From the human T2T-CHM13v2.0 reference genome, Homo sapiens, in the NCBI RefSeq assembly GCF_009914755.1, contig NC_060925.1: a stretch of 64,000 nt of DNA. The stretch is one strand, 5' to 3'. The first letter of the stretch is position 1. The number at the start of each line of letters is the position of its first letter. A program made the translations under genes and the position numbers. The notes under the pieces are model-generated. The model had not been told where the DNA came from and made no database searches. It was given only the letters and a program-made list of their open reading frames with translations. Shown here piece by piece: positions 28,531 through 41,017 of the stretch.

Positions 28531-30451
28531 AGGCCAATGTGTTTATTGTAAACACATTGTTTATGATAAAATGGGGGTAATAATTGTCTCCAAGAATTAA
28601 ATAAGATAATGTCTATGAATGAACGACGATAATTGGAAGGCATCCCACAAAGGTTGTGTGTTAATGCTTCGTTAGAGGCTTTCAAACTCCTAGTGCTCCT
28701 GTTGTTCTGGTGATATAACTGAGGTTCAGAGAAGCTTAGTAACCTGCCCACCCTCACAGCTAGCTCTTGGTAGGGAGGAGACAGCAGAATCCCACCGCAC
28801 CTTCCAATTGCTCTAGGGCTTTGGGATTCTGCTGTTTGAGCCTCAGTTGCTCCATTTGCAACAACAGGCCAAGAGACCAGACCTGGGGCTTAAATGAGCT
28901 AACATGATACCTGGTACCTGGCATAGTGCCTCACCCTATTCCTCTTGCTGTCTGCCCTCTCTCATCCCTACTGGTTATCTGGTGGTGATAAACCTAGATT
29001 CTCGTGCTCTGAGCCCACCCTCAGGCCGGCAGAGGCAGGGTGGGCGGCCCTGGAAGCTGAGCACACTCTGTTCTCAGGGAAGCTTGGGCTGGGTGGCTGT
29101 GACCTCTTGGGCTGCAGGAAACAATCAGCTATTCTTCCTCCTTCCCTCTTGATTCTGTTGCTCATATCTTGGGTGAGGGGGCCCAGAGGGAAGTGCTCCA
29201 ACTTCCAGCAGTGCCCAGCCTATCTGTGCCCAAATACATGGTTTCCAGGCTCTGCCCTTGGCTCTAACAAGCCTAAGTCATAGTTCATACTAGAGCTGAC
29301 CCTGATAGTTTGATTTCTACCCAAGCTCAGTATCACTTGTTCAATCAATAGGCAGTGTGCTGGGCCCTGCAAATAAGAATAACAGTAATAACAATACAAC
29401 AACAGCAGTAATAATTGCCCACATTTGTACAGCACCTACTCTATGCCTGCCATAGTTCTAAGCACTATGCATATGAGGCCAGTACTAGTATTGCCCCCAT
29501 TTTACAAGTGAGGAAACTGAGCACTGAGTTTGAATTGTTCACCCAAGGTCACATAGCTAGTCACTGACAGAGCTAGGATTTGAATAAAGGTTTGCCTGGT
29601 AAAACGTAGGTGCTGCAAAGAGAAGAATAGAAATCCAGCTACAGATGGGCATGTATGCCATGCTTCATGCCTCCAAATACCAACCTTATTGTCCTCATTT
29701 GCCTTCAAGGAAATCGAGGCTCAGAGAGGTAGAGCAAAGAGTCTGCTTGACTTCAAGACCATGCTCTTTCTACTCCTCCAAGCTGAAAATAAAATCACAT
29801 CACTAGAACTCAAGAGAGAAGGGGAGAAGGGTAGGAGGGAGACGGCGGGCTGACAGCACTCAGAAGATGGGGCATTGCCTTCTGAAGCTTCCTGAGTGAA
29901 CAGCCACTCATGCTTGGCTTTGAATCTTGGTAAACCAACCCCTCACATCATAGCAGGTGTCTAACTGGCCCACTCCTGTGAGGACCTCCCAGTGGCAGGT
30001 CTGGCCCCTTCACCCCATTTTATAGCTGTGCAGACTGAGGCTCCAAGGAGTCAAACTGTCTGAGGTCCCACAGTGAGGCCCCGGGCACCAGGGCTCTGTC
30101 CCTGAACTGCCTAGCAGTGAGGGGCAATCTTGGTGGGGCTTGGAGGTGGCAGCTGAGAAAGAATGACCCCCCCCCGCCACAACCACCGCCACCACCACAG
30201 ACCAGTGTCATCACACAGTCACAAGACTCTGGTTATCAGCTATCTCCCGGATAGACTGTACATGCTCTAGGGAGAGGGGTCGGGGCTGTTGTGGGGACCC
30301 CTCGGCTCCCAGTTCCAAGCACAGAGCCAGGCACAGAAACTTCATTGGAAGGAGGGAGGGATGGGTAGGATGGTGTACCAAAGCCATAGGCCTCGGGCTC
30401 CAACCCACTCCCAGGGCCAACAGCACCCTGCCTATCACATATTAAGAAGAA

Positions 30452-30760
30452 ATTTCTTTCTTTTTTTTTTCTTGAGACAGGTTCTCACTCTGTCACCCAG
30501 ACTGGAGTGCAGTGACGCAATCTGGGCTCACCACAACCTCTGACTCCGGGGTTCAAGTGATTCTCCTGCCTCAGTCTCCCAAGTAGCTGGGATCCTGACC
30601 CAGGCACCCACCACCAAGCCCAGCTAATTTTTGTATTTTTAGTAGAGATGAGGTTTCACCATGTTGGCCAGGCTGGTCTCAAACTCCTGACCTCAAATGA
30701 TCCACCCACCTCGGCCACCCAAAATGATGGGATTACAGGCATGAGCCACCACGCCTGGCC
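30452..30760 (-). mobile_element. Alu, full length
   Basis: TSD AAGAAGAAATTTCT. Confidence 0.93.
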
Positions 30761-31741
30761 AAGAAGAAGAAATTTCTAGAAGAAATATTTGTAGGACATG
30801 TAGAGCTTTCCCTCGAAGGAGGGAATTTTGTGACTGTTACACCCATACCTGGGGGCTGTCCCATTGCAAGGGGCAGAACAATCTCGTGTGCCCCCAGGGC
30901 GTACGAGCACTGGAGATGGGCAACACTGGAAAGACAGATTTCAGCTGAAATTAGTAAGTACTTCCAAATAGGCAGGGTGGCCTACTGGCCATCGGGACAC
31001 ACCCAGCTGGCTGGGACAGGACTTATGCCAAGTGGGGGCTGGAAAAGGGATTTCTACACCAAGGAGGGCCCCAAGGCTGGCCCAGCTCTATGACCCTGTG
31101 ATGTCAGGAGTCGGCCTGTGATGATTCTGGGTCACATTCTCCCATCCCAAGGTTCTATTCTGTTCCAACGCCATCATCAGAGCCCCTGTGAGCTACGTGT
31201 TGACTGTGGCAGGTGCCGTGCTGAGCATTCTACCTCATGCAGTCCTCACAACATTCCACGTAGGGGATATTCTGACCCCATTTGACAGATGGGGAAACTG
31301 AGACTCACAGAGGTCAAGTGGCTTGTCCAGAGTCAGCGCTAGGAAATGTCAACACCTGGACTTGAAAACAGACTTCAGACTTAAAAGCCATCTCGTCTCG
31401 TCTCGGCTGCTCTGATTCTGGTATCCTGTGGTACCAAGATTTTCTCTGTGGCCTAAAGCCAGAGTTCCCCTGGGGGTGAACCACAGGCCCCTCTCACCAC
31501 TGCCTGGCCCCTCCCAACCACAGCCCCCATCCCAGCCTCACCGCAGCGGCTCCGTGGTTTCCTGGACACTCTCAACCAACAGCAGCTTTTACCATAATGG
31601 TTCCCACAAGGGGCTGTTGGTCAATTTTCCCTGCTTGGTTCTCAATTTCTTTGATGGGGGAAGATGGCTGGGGCCCAGGGTGCGGCCATGGGCTGCCCTC
31701 CCCAAATGACCATATTTATCTCATACTCTGGACACGGCACA

Positions 31742-34700
31742 TCATTTCAGCTTAATTTTATTTCCTCTTATAAATGGGCACAGCACAGGAAGTGTTAAAA
31801 AACAAACAAACAAACAAAAAAAAAAAAAAAAACAAAAACAAAAACAAAACCAGTTCCTTCACAAGGCTGGAACAGGAGAGTACCCGCAGTGGGGCAGGCG
31901 CCTTGGTCTCTTTTTTCCACTGTCTTTTTCTTTTGTTTTTCTTATTTAAGGTTTTGGCCATGAACTCAGGACAGGTATGGTTAATAAACAGGTTACAGGG
32001 GAGAGAAGGGGCAGGGAAGTCCTGGGGGAGGGAATGGCAGACCCCCACCCACCCCAGGCAGGTTCTGTACAGGAGAAAGGACTCACAGGAGGGAGGGACA
32101 CTGTCTTCAGGGGGCTCTCTGGAGCCACGCTGCCTACGAAAAATATTTACATGCATTTGCCACGCTGAGGCCAGGGTCACTGTGGTGCCAGGCAGGCACC
32201 TGGGGGATGCTGGGGCCATCGGCTCTCAGATGGCAACTCCCAGGGCCCAGTCTCGATGCCTCTGTAAATCTGTACAGTTTGCGGGCTTCTATTTACAGGC
32301 AAGAGGCCTGGGGAGGCAAGTCCAGGGTTGTAGTTGTTGGGAGAAGAAATCCAGAGAACACAGGAGGCAGCCACTCCTACCCCATGAGGCAGAGGGTCTG
32401 CTCCCTGTGTCCAGGGGCCCCCACCAGGAGGCCTGACAGGCGGCTTTGCCAACCCCAGGGGGGTTTGGCCCACACACCCTAAGCCCTGCCCAGCCCTGGT
32501 TGCCACCCACATGCCTCCAGCGATCAAGGGGACCAGTCTTTCAGGCAAGGCCCCCATCTGGCCTCCTGGCCTCCTGGAGACAGGGTCTGGGCTCTCCAGG
32601 TCCTGGCCTGCCTCGTGCTCTGGCAGCCAAGGCCCCAGAGGCTCTCAAGCCACAGAAGCTCCCTCTCATTTGGAACTCCCTGTGCTTCCAGCAAATGCCA
32701 AAGCCCCTCAGAACACTCCATCACAGGCAGGGGTAGGGGGACATGAGGGCCCTGCACCCACATTGCACCTGGGAGAGCCTAGCTGGTCCTCACTGAACTC
32801 TCTTGGACTGCCTTGCCCCGGTCAGGCCGGCCAGGGCAGATTTGGGCTGGTCAGACTCCTCATCCTCAGGAGGATAAAGCCTGGACATCTGCCTTGGGTC
32901 CAGGGATCCATGAACAAGGCCCCTGGCCTCTTCTCTCAAATGCTAAGGACACAGAGAAGAGAAGCCAGTGCCTGGAGCCCAAGCCCCAAATCAGAAGCCA
33001 ACCCCTGGGATGTGAGGAGCCAGGCCTGCCGGGGCCACCCCCACCATTGGCTCCAGCCCTACTGAGAAACTGCACCCACTGTTGGGTCTCCCACCTGGGG
33101 TCCAGCATCTTCTGGGGCTGGGGGCCCAAGCCCTTTTCTCCTCTATCCTCCCTGGTTTCTCAGCCTCGGCCTGCCCAGGCCGTCTCACCAGAGCTGTGCT
33201 CTCCAAGACAGCAGCACCCCAGGGAGCAGGGTAGGGAGGCTGAGCCTTGTGGTCTGTGGCCCCAGGACCCAGCCCTTCTGCTCCAAAGATGACTGAGGCC
33301 AACCCGCCCCCTCCAGATATCAGGGGCCCCCCATGCCCACTCTTCTAAGGCTGGGTCCACCTGGCTTCCTCACAAGCCTCTGGGCCCTGTGAAGGAGGGT
33401 TTTGGGACTGGAAGATGGAGCCCAGCCTGGAAAAGACAGGCTGTGGGACAGCCCCTGGAACCTCCCCCTCACTGCCTACACACCGCTACCCCTCATCCTG
33501 CAGAAATCTGCTGCCAGGGCATCTTGAAAAGGGCCCTGAAATAAAACCTGCCTTCCTGACTTGAATCTGGGATGTGGGTGAGGGGTGGGGGTGTGAGTGC
33601 CAGCCAATCGCAACTCACACCACATCCCTTTGGCTCCAAGAGGCCCCCTGCCAAGCACACCCTCCCCAAAAGATCTGTGGCCCCACATTTAAAATACCGA
33701 TGGAAATAGCCCTACTTGCTAGGTAACAAAGGAAGTAACCCCTCCCCCACTATCACCTGGTCTCATCCCTCAAACCCTGACCTCGGGGCCTGAGGGATCT
33801 GCAGGGGCTGCTTCCAGCCATGGCCCCTGAAGCTGCAGCCAGAATTGTTTGGCCAAATAGGTGAGGGGGTGTCCACAGGGAGGGCCTCTGGGCAGGTGGG
33901 CTGAGGTTGGCCTGCCAGGCAGAGGGCAGAGGGTGCGGAGGGCCCGCCCTCACAGGCACTTTGGAGACTTGTGTCCTGGGAGGCAGAGTCAGCCCCCTAG
34001 CTCAAAGCAGGAAGGGGACACAGGGAGATAAAGGAGCCCAACCACATGCCCCCTCCCTGCCCTGGGCCTTCCGTCCTGGGAGACCCAAGACCCCCCAACA
34101 ACCTGGGGCCAAATTTCCTTCCTCAGCCTTAGAGGAGCCCCCAGGCTCCCAGCTAGTGGGGGTCTGGCCCCAAACCTCCCCCTCTGCCAGCTGCGGTGGG
34201 GAGGAAGCAGGTAGGGGTGAAGCCAGGCCCACCTGCATGCAATGCCCTAAAAGGGCTGTGGCCCCACACTTTTTCCGAGAAAGGCAAGGGCCTGCCTGTT
34301 TCCCTCCAGCATTGAGAGCAGGTCATGTGGAGTGAGACTGTGCATCCACATGGGATTGTGTCTGACACTGGCTGGGGTTGGCGGCTGCATGGTTGGTGTG
34401 GGCACCATGGCATGGGACTGAGTATGACGGGGCAACTTAGGGGGACCCAATATGGGCTGATTGTTCTGGCTCGATTCCACCCTCCCCAGTAAGCCTGAAA
34501 GCTGGAGACAATGTGTGTGGTGCCAGAGTGTGGGTGTATTTGGGGTAGGAGGAGGCCACACTGTCACTGTCATGTGACCATGACTAGTGACTTGCATTGC
34601 AGTACGTGTCTGGGGGTGTGTAAGTGATGCATGAGGATAAACATTCTTGGAAGGACGCGTGTGTTCTGTGATATGTCTTGATTGGCTGGGCGGTCAGGAT

Positions 34701-35487
34701 TGCGTATGGTTTTGTCATTGCATGCTTTTGTCTTGTGTGTGACTGAGTGAAAATATGGTGATAGTGTGGGCAATGGTGTCTGTGCAGAGTCCCCTCATAG
34801 GAGGGACATCAGAGCAGCCCCTCCTCACCAGTGGCTGCCCCAGCACCCTCAGGAAGCTGTTTCTTGGGGGAAGATGCAGAAAGAAATGAAGTCTGGGTAC
34901 ATGTGTACTTGGCAGGCAAGAGGAGAGATTCAACAACCCCAGAGAGACCAGGACAAAACAGGCTGGTGACAAGGGACACCCTCTCACCCAGCTAGAGAGA
35001 GGCCCTGGGATACGAGCAAGAGGTTGCAGTGTCTAGATGATTTCAAGGGCTGTGTTTACCAAATGTTTGTCCTGGAAACCAGCCTGAGTGCCTCTCTGCC
35101 CCAAAAAGGAGATCTCAGTGAGCACTGTGGGTGCCAAGTCAGGGCTCAGGCTCATCTCAAGCCCCACCCTTTCTTCTACCACCAGCCAATCAGGAGCTTT
35201 CTTCCTCCCATCCATCTGACATGAGGTCCTGAAGCCCCAGACTGGTGGCAGGGATGAGGGGAACAAGAGATGAGCTCGTAAGGGCACAGTCTGGGGCAGA
35301 TGGCAGCAGCCCCTCTTCCTCGGGGAAGATCTGTGTGAGGCTGGCAGCCTGGGCAGACCTTGGGAGAGAGGGCAGAGAAGAACTGGGGCCAGGTTCCAGG
35401 CCCAGTCCCAGGCTTGGGCTGGTGGGGCCAGGCTGGGGACTGGACAGCAGGGTGGTGTTGAGGCTGCAGGGAGGCACTGTGGCTCCA
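31742..35487 (-). other. SDC3: SDC3 3'UTR (~3.7 kb); 3' end approximate
   Basis: Largely repeat-free sequence from the stop codon to the AATAAA. U-rich tract (A-rich on plus, 31797-31848) upstream of the signal. Confidence 0.85.
31757..31762 (-). terminator. SDC3: SDC3 polyadenylation signal AATAAA
   Basis: tttatt on plus. A GU-rich element (TGTGCCGTGTCC on minus) lies ~20 nt downstream and a U-rich element upstream. Confidence 0.85.
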
Positions 35488-35654
35488 CTAGGCATAGAAC
35501 TCCTCCTGCTTGTCAGGCTTCTGGTATGTGACGCTCGCCTGCTTGGGTTCCTCCAGCGTGTAGCTGCCCTCATCCTTTTTCTTCATACGATAGATGAGCA
35601 GTGTGACCAAGAAGGCAGCAAAGAGGGCGCCCACCACCCCGCCCACAATCACAG
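35488..35654 (-). CDS. SDC3: Syndecan-3 exon 5 coding part: TM helix (GxxxG), C1 [11 protein letters not shown] region, C2 PDZ-binding EFYA, TAG stop
   Basis: Acceptor ccacAG|CT GTG ATT. Hallmark syndecan cytoplasmic tail. Exons 2-5 total 1191 nt, which with a 138-nt exon 1 gives 442 aa plus stop. Confidence 0.99.
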
Positions 35655-35904
35655 CTGTGGAAGAAGAGGGCACAGGTCAAGGCCCAGAGGCAGGGTAGAA
35701 CCAGGGCAAAGGGTCCTCAGGGGTGGGGGCCAGGGTGAGGAGAGGGCTGGGAGTCCCAGATCTGAGTTGGAGTGATGATGGAGTCAATACTACTACTACC
35801 AGCACTGGGTACCATCATAGGCCTTCACTGGCTGCATTCTAATCGCCCAACACACTAACTCACTGAACCCTCACACCAGCCCTATGAGGGAGGGGTCATC
35901 TGAG

Positions 35905-36058
35905 GGCTTCATCAAATTTAAAATGCCACCACTCATAAGATGCCCCAGTATTTTATAACTGCTAGGAAAGAAAAAGCTCTGCTAACTAAATATGACATAC
36001 CCCAACTACAGAAGACTTAACATGTGAACAGATGTGCCTCTTAGAATTGATTAAGGGC
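35905..36058. mobile_element. MER104-like Tc2 MITE relic inside a MIR, SDC3 intron 4
   Basis: tcatc.aatt...taagatgc.cc..tatttta...gaaagaaaaa...tgtgc.tcttagaatt.gat pattern. Confidence 0.5.
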
Positions 36059-36573
36059 AAAATGACTATCCCCATTCTACCGATGAAGAGAAGGAAGACT
36101 GGAGAGGTGAAGTACCTTGCCTTGAGTGCAAAGCCAGGATTTGAACCAGGAGTCCACAGACTCCCTAGATGCGGCCAGGGCAGGTCCACAGGGACTGGGG
36201 TCAAAAACTGGGGAAGGTCAAGCTGAAGGATGGGTCAGAGATTAGCATCTAGGAAGTAAGGTCCCAGGGGGTCAGCCAGTGTGGCCCAGGAAAGCAGGGA
36301 TCAAAGTCAGAGTCCACAGAGGGGTCAGAGGACACTGAGGGAAGACCTAGAGATGGACATGAAGTCAGGGTTGGATATTGGGAAGGAGGAAAGTTGGGAG
36401 GAGCCAGAAGGCAGGTCCTGGGGGGTTGAGTTCTCAAGTTTCCTTCCTATCTGGCTCCTAGGAAACCACGCCCTGATCTCCTTTCTGGGTTCCTAGAGGC
36501 AAACTGAGGCCCAGCCAGCTGTCTCACTCTGGTATCCTCCCAGGCTCCCCTTGGCCCAGACCCCAAGCCTCAC

Positions 36574-36865
36574 CTACGAGCACCTCCTTCCGCTCCAGGA
36601 TACTCTTCTGAGGCAGCTGAGCAGCTGAGCTGCCCGAGTCGATGGCATTGTCCAGGAGGCCAGGGCCCGGGCGGGCACCCTTGGGCAGTGTCCCAGGTGG
36701 AGATGATGCCTTGGCCGCAGCCCCTCCCACAGCTACCACCTCATTGGCTGTGTCTGGTTGTGTGGTCTCTTCTTCTGGCAGCTCGAAGTCTCCACTGGGC
36801 CCCCCACTCACCGGAACCTCTGGCTCATTCCGGATTGTGGTCAGGAAGGTCTCTGGAGTTGGGGT
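36574..36865 (-). CDS. SDC3: Syndecan-3 exon 4 (292 nt), membrane-proximal ectodomain with SG sites, ending ...SILERKEVLV
   Basis: Acceptor ctgcAG|ACC CCA and donor GTA G|GTGAG. Phase is consistent with exons 3 and 5. Confidence 0.98.
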
Positions 36866-38828
36866 CTGCAGAGAGGGTGGCATGAGCCCAGGACAACCAC
36901 ACATGCATGCATAACCCCCCACCACCATCCTACTGCCCTGGGGGGCTAACACTTAGCACTCCCTACATGCCAGGCACTGTGCTACACACTATCCCCATGA
37001 AGGAGTGTAACAATGCCCCCAGTTTACAGAGCAGGAAGTCAGCTCAGAGCATAAATGACCTGCCCAAGGACACACAGCTAGTAAGTGGGGGACAGAACTA
37101 AAATTCAGATCTATCTGTCTCCACAGTCTGTGTTTCTAACCACTAACACACTGCCTCTGTTCTTGCTCTGGACATCCTGTCCCCCTCATGTCCCCTCCAG
37201 CTGCCTTAGTAACAATCCTTGGGGGATTCCTGCCGAGAAGCTGTTTGGGAACTGCTGGGTGCAGATGCTATGGATGTGGGCCTGGTCCCAGTCCATGCCT
37301 AAGGCAGGGGAGCATTCTGTAGCCTGGAGGCCAGTCCAAGAGCACAACCTGCAGACTATGATGGCCTCAGGGGCAGGTGTCCCGGAAACCAGCTCAGTGA
37401 CTGACAATCTCTAGGGCTCCCACCACTCGGAGGCAGGATCAGAGCTGGGAATGATGAGACCAAAGTGGGGGCTGTGGGAGCCATCAGAGCAGGGATGTCG
37501 CTACTTCAAAGGTGGGCATGGAAAGGCAGGCCTGATGTCCAGGCTGAAAAGAGGCTGCAGCAGTGCCCCAGCGTACACAGCGTGCACAATGGCTCCTCCA
37601 GCAACCTGGGCCCTGTGCACCTTCTCCTGGGCTCCGTGCCCCATCACTGTTTCCCCTTCCTGCTTGGCCAAGTCTGTGTGAAAACACCAGGCTGCCCCAG
37701 CTGCTTGAGGAGGCAAGGGAAGGGCCTGCATCCTGCTAGAGCTGGCTGGGGAGTCAGAGGGACTGACACTGACCCCAAGGCAGCGCCACGGCCCAAGGGC
37801 CTTCCACAGTGAGGCCAGCTGCAGAGGGCTCTGGCACCCAGTCCATGTTCCCACCTCTCCATCTTACTTAGTGCACCCAGCTGGGACCAGACCACCTCTC
37901 TCATGTCCTTGGGATTCATCCATCCCTGGCACTCCTGACATCTTCATCCTCTTCCCATCAATTCCCCTGCCCCATCCAGAATATCCCAAATGCACACACA
38001 TGCAGCCCTGGCCCTGCGAGACTGCCCGGCTCTGGCACCAACTGCCTGGGTTCAAATCCTGACTGTCATCGCTGGCTGCGGAGCCTTGGGAAGTGGCTTC
38101 ACCTCCCTGTGCACCCACAGTTGCTCGTCTGTAAAATGAGATGACCACAGTGCTGCCCGTGGGGTGGGCATGAGGGCTGGGGCTAACACAGGTAAAGTGC
38201 TGAGCACTGACCCACACCCAGGCAGCCCTCCACAAGGCGAGTGATGCCTTCTCATACACCAGCTCTTAACCACCCTCAGACCCATGATAATAACAACCGT
38301 GATGACGACAGCAGCTGAGAACCCACTGGCTGTACCATCACCAGGCGCTGTTCTAAGCACTGTGGATGTCAGGAGACTTCACGCTCACAATGAAATGATA
38401 CACATTCTATTGTTTTCTCCTTTCCGTAGATGAGGAAGCGGAGGTATAGAAATGATCAGGGACTGGCCTGAGGTCCCGTGACTAGGAAGTGGCAGTGGAA
38501 AGATTCTAATCCAGCTGCCAGACCACTGAATTAATTCTCTCAACCGAAACACTCAGCCCGGCCCCCCTTGTCACCAATGCACACGTTCACCCAATTCCTT
38601 CCCCACCAATGTCCCATCCCATTAGGATCCAACCACCCCAGCCCTCGTTTTCTGTCCCTCTTCCCTCCCTATCCGATCTCTGTCCCTTGGTCCTGCCCCT
38701 CGCCCCCACTTTGTCTGGCTCATCTCTATAGCCTCCTGGTCCTCAGTCCTGTCCAGCCCCATCCTCCTCATCCCTCCCCTGACCCACCCTCCTCCGCCCT
38801 CCTCCCTGTCCCTTCTCAACACCCTCAC

Positions 38829-39442
38829 CTGAGCCACCTCTGTGGGTCCAGGGGCAGTGGTCCCCAGGGGCAGGGTGCTCCTCTCAGGGATGTCAGGCTC
38901 CTGGGTGGTGGCCGGCCTGGGAAGGGCTCTTGGCCGGGAGGTAGCTGTGCTGACCAGCCTGGGTGTTGGGGCCTCGGTGTCCAAGACAGCCGCCGTGGTG
39001 GGCGGGGAGGGCGCCTCGGGGGTAGTGGCCCGTGCCGTAGCCACTGTGGTCAGTGGGAGAGGCAGAAGCCTCCGTATGCCAGTGGTCCTTATAACAGCAG
39101 TGGTGGCCGTAAAAGGGGGTGCTGCAGGGGTGCTGGGGGTGGCGGTGGCCACTGTGGCAGGCACTGTGGCCACAGTCGGGTCCCCTGTGCTTGTGGCAGC
39201 AGTGGTAGCCATGGTAGTGGAGACGGTGGTGGCTCTCTGGCTGGGCTCTTCCGGGACTTCTGTCACCACCAGGGGGCTGGTGGCTGGCTCCAGGGTGGGG
39301 CGCTCAGAGGGGAGCTCTTCAAATGGTGTGCCCACAGGCTGGATGTTCGTGGTGGGCAGCACCGCAGGTGTGGTGGACACCGCCAGGGCTACATCTGGGC
39401 TGAAGCGCATGGCTGTCTCAATGCCCGACTCCTGCTCGAAGT
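38829..39442 (-). CDS. SDC3: Syndecan-3 exon 3 (614 nt), Thr/Pro/Ala-rich mucin-like ectodomain
   Basis: Acceptor ctcAG|AC TTC GAG CAG and donor GCT CAG|GTGAGG. Translation FEQESGIETAMRFSPD...GPTEVAQ lies inside ORF 38622..39653. Confidence 0.98.
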
Positions 39443-40899
39443 CTGAGGGGGTGGGGGAGAGGGAGAGAGCTAGGGAGCTGGGTGGTTGTGAGGGGCATGA
39501 GGATCCCAGGTAAGCAATGGCCATCAAGATTAGGTCTCCCAACCCCCTCTCTTTACCCAATTTTCCCAGAAAAGATGAGAGAAAGGAGGAAGGCACAGCC
39601 CAGCTAAAGGTGGTCAGTTGCTGATGTTCCCCAACTTCTCTCTGCCAAGTCAAAAATTCTGGGGGCCGCCTCTCCCGGGAAGCCTTCCTTGACTATTCCT
39701 GCCCACCCAGCCTACAGTTTCTATGAGGTTGAATCCAGGCAGCAGCAACTGAGGCGCTACTGGCTGCAAAACTTGCTGGGGCTTGCAGGGGAACACAGGA
39801 GTGGCATTCTGGGAAGAGTCAGACCCCAAAGGCACCCCTACCACAAGCTCAAGGCAGGGGTGGTACACTAAGGGCTTCCCCCAGAGGCAGAGGCGGAGGG
39901 TAAAAGGGAAAAGAAGCCCTTGAGGCAGGGGAACTGCTTGAGCAATCTGGCTGACGCAAAGCCGGGACAGTGAAGGAACTTGGGAGGAAATGAGACGGGG
40001 AGTAGGGGATGGGGGAGGGAGAAGCCACAGCCAGCTCCTGGGCTCGGAACCAGGCAGGAGGGAGGGGAGCCAGGGAACTTTGCGAATAGAGATGTGACCC
40101 AATATAAACGGGTTTTACAAAGATTAATTTGAAAGAGGCTCAAAGGACTTGGCTAAGGAGGGGAGACCAGAGGCGAGGGCTGTGGGGAGCCAGCTCTGTG
40201 GCGTGCAGACCCCGTACCATCTCCTCAGATGCCAGCCCGTGCCCTCACTGGGCCCAGTCTCAGCTGCCTTCTTTTTGCTACCATTTTGAGAGCTCCTCCT
40301 CTGTGCCAGACCCCAGCTTCCTATCCCAAACCCTCCTAGAGGCACTGAGAAGAAGTCGTATTTCTCACCATCCACAGGTGAAAATACAGGGATTCAGGGA
40401 GGGGGAGCACCGAGGGGCACACAGTTGCTACATGGCAGAGTGGGGTTCGCGGTGCCCTTCTCTCCCGAGATTCTGCTAGACCCAGCTGACCTGGCTCCCC
40501 TTCCCCAGGGCGGGGCCATCCCAGGCACCACTTGAAGCACCTGCCCTGTGTCATCACTGCCCTAACCCCACCATTGGCCACAGCTTATTGCACCTGACGG
40601 GACCACCGGAACCAAGCAAGGTCTGCAGAGAAAGCCACATAGCACACACAAAGATGCAGACGTGGGACCCTGGAGACCTGGACATTCTGGGCCCTGAGGT
40701 CCTCCCAGGTCTTGTTCTATCCCCAGAAGGATGTTCTGCCCTTCTTGTTCTGGGGATCCAGAGCAAGAAGAACTTGCCTGACCCAGGCAGTGAATGCCCC
40801 CTGCCTCACTGAAGCAAGCCCCCCGTGGGCTTCTCAGAGTTGAGGCTGGATACAGACTGGTCACTGCCCCCAGGCAGAGGTAGGGAGGGGGGTACTTAC

Positions 40900-41017
40900 A
40901 GCCCGAGCCCGACCCCGAGTAGAGGTCATCCAGTTCATCATCAGGAAAGGAGTCATCATCCCCAGAGCCCTCCAGGTCCACGGGTCTCTCGAAGTTCTCA
41001 CTGCGCCAGCGCTGGGC
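40900..41017 (-). CDS. SDC3: Syndecan-3 exon 2 (118 nt): AQRWRSENFERPVDLEGSGDDDSFPDDELDDLYSGSGSG, N-terminal heparan sulfate attachment cluster
   Basis: Acceptor ccttccctAG|GCC at 41018/41017 and donor T|GTAAGT at 40900/40899. Ser-Gly dipeptides are flanked by acidic residues. The split codon T|AC (Tyr) joins in phase with exon 3. Confidence 0.98.

Noticed and set aside
31774-32436. 220-aa plus-strand ORF
   Set aside because: Antisense to the SDC3 3'UTR, includes a translated A-rich tract, and has no recognisable domain or splice structure.
38568-39513. 292-aa and 223-aa plus-strand ORFs
   Set aside because: Antisense shadows of GC-rich SDC3 exon 3 with non-ATG starts.
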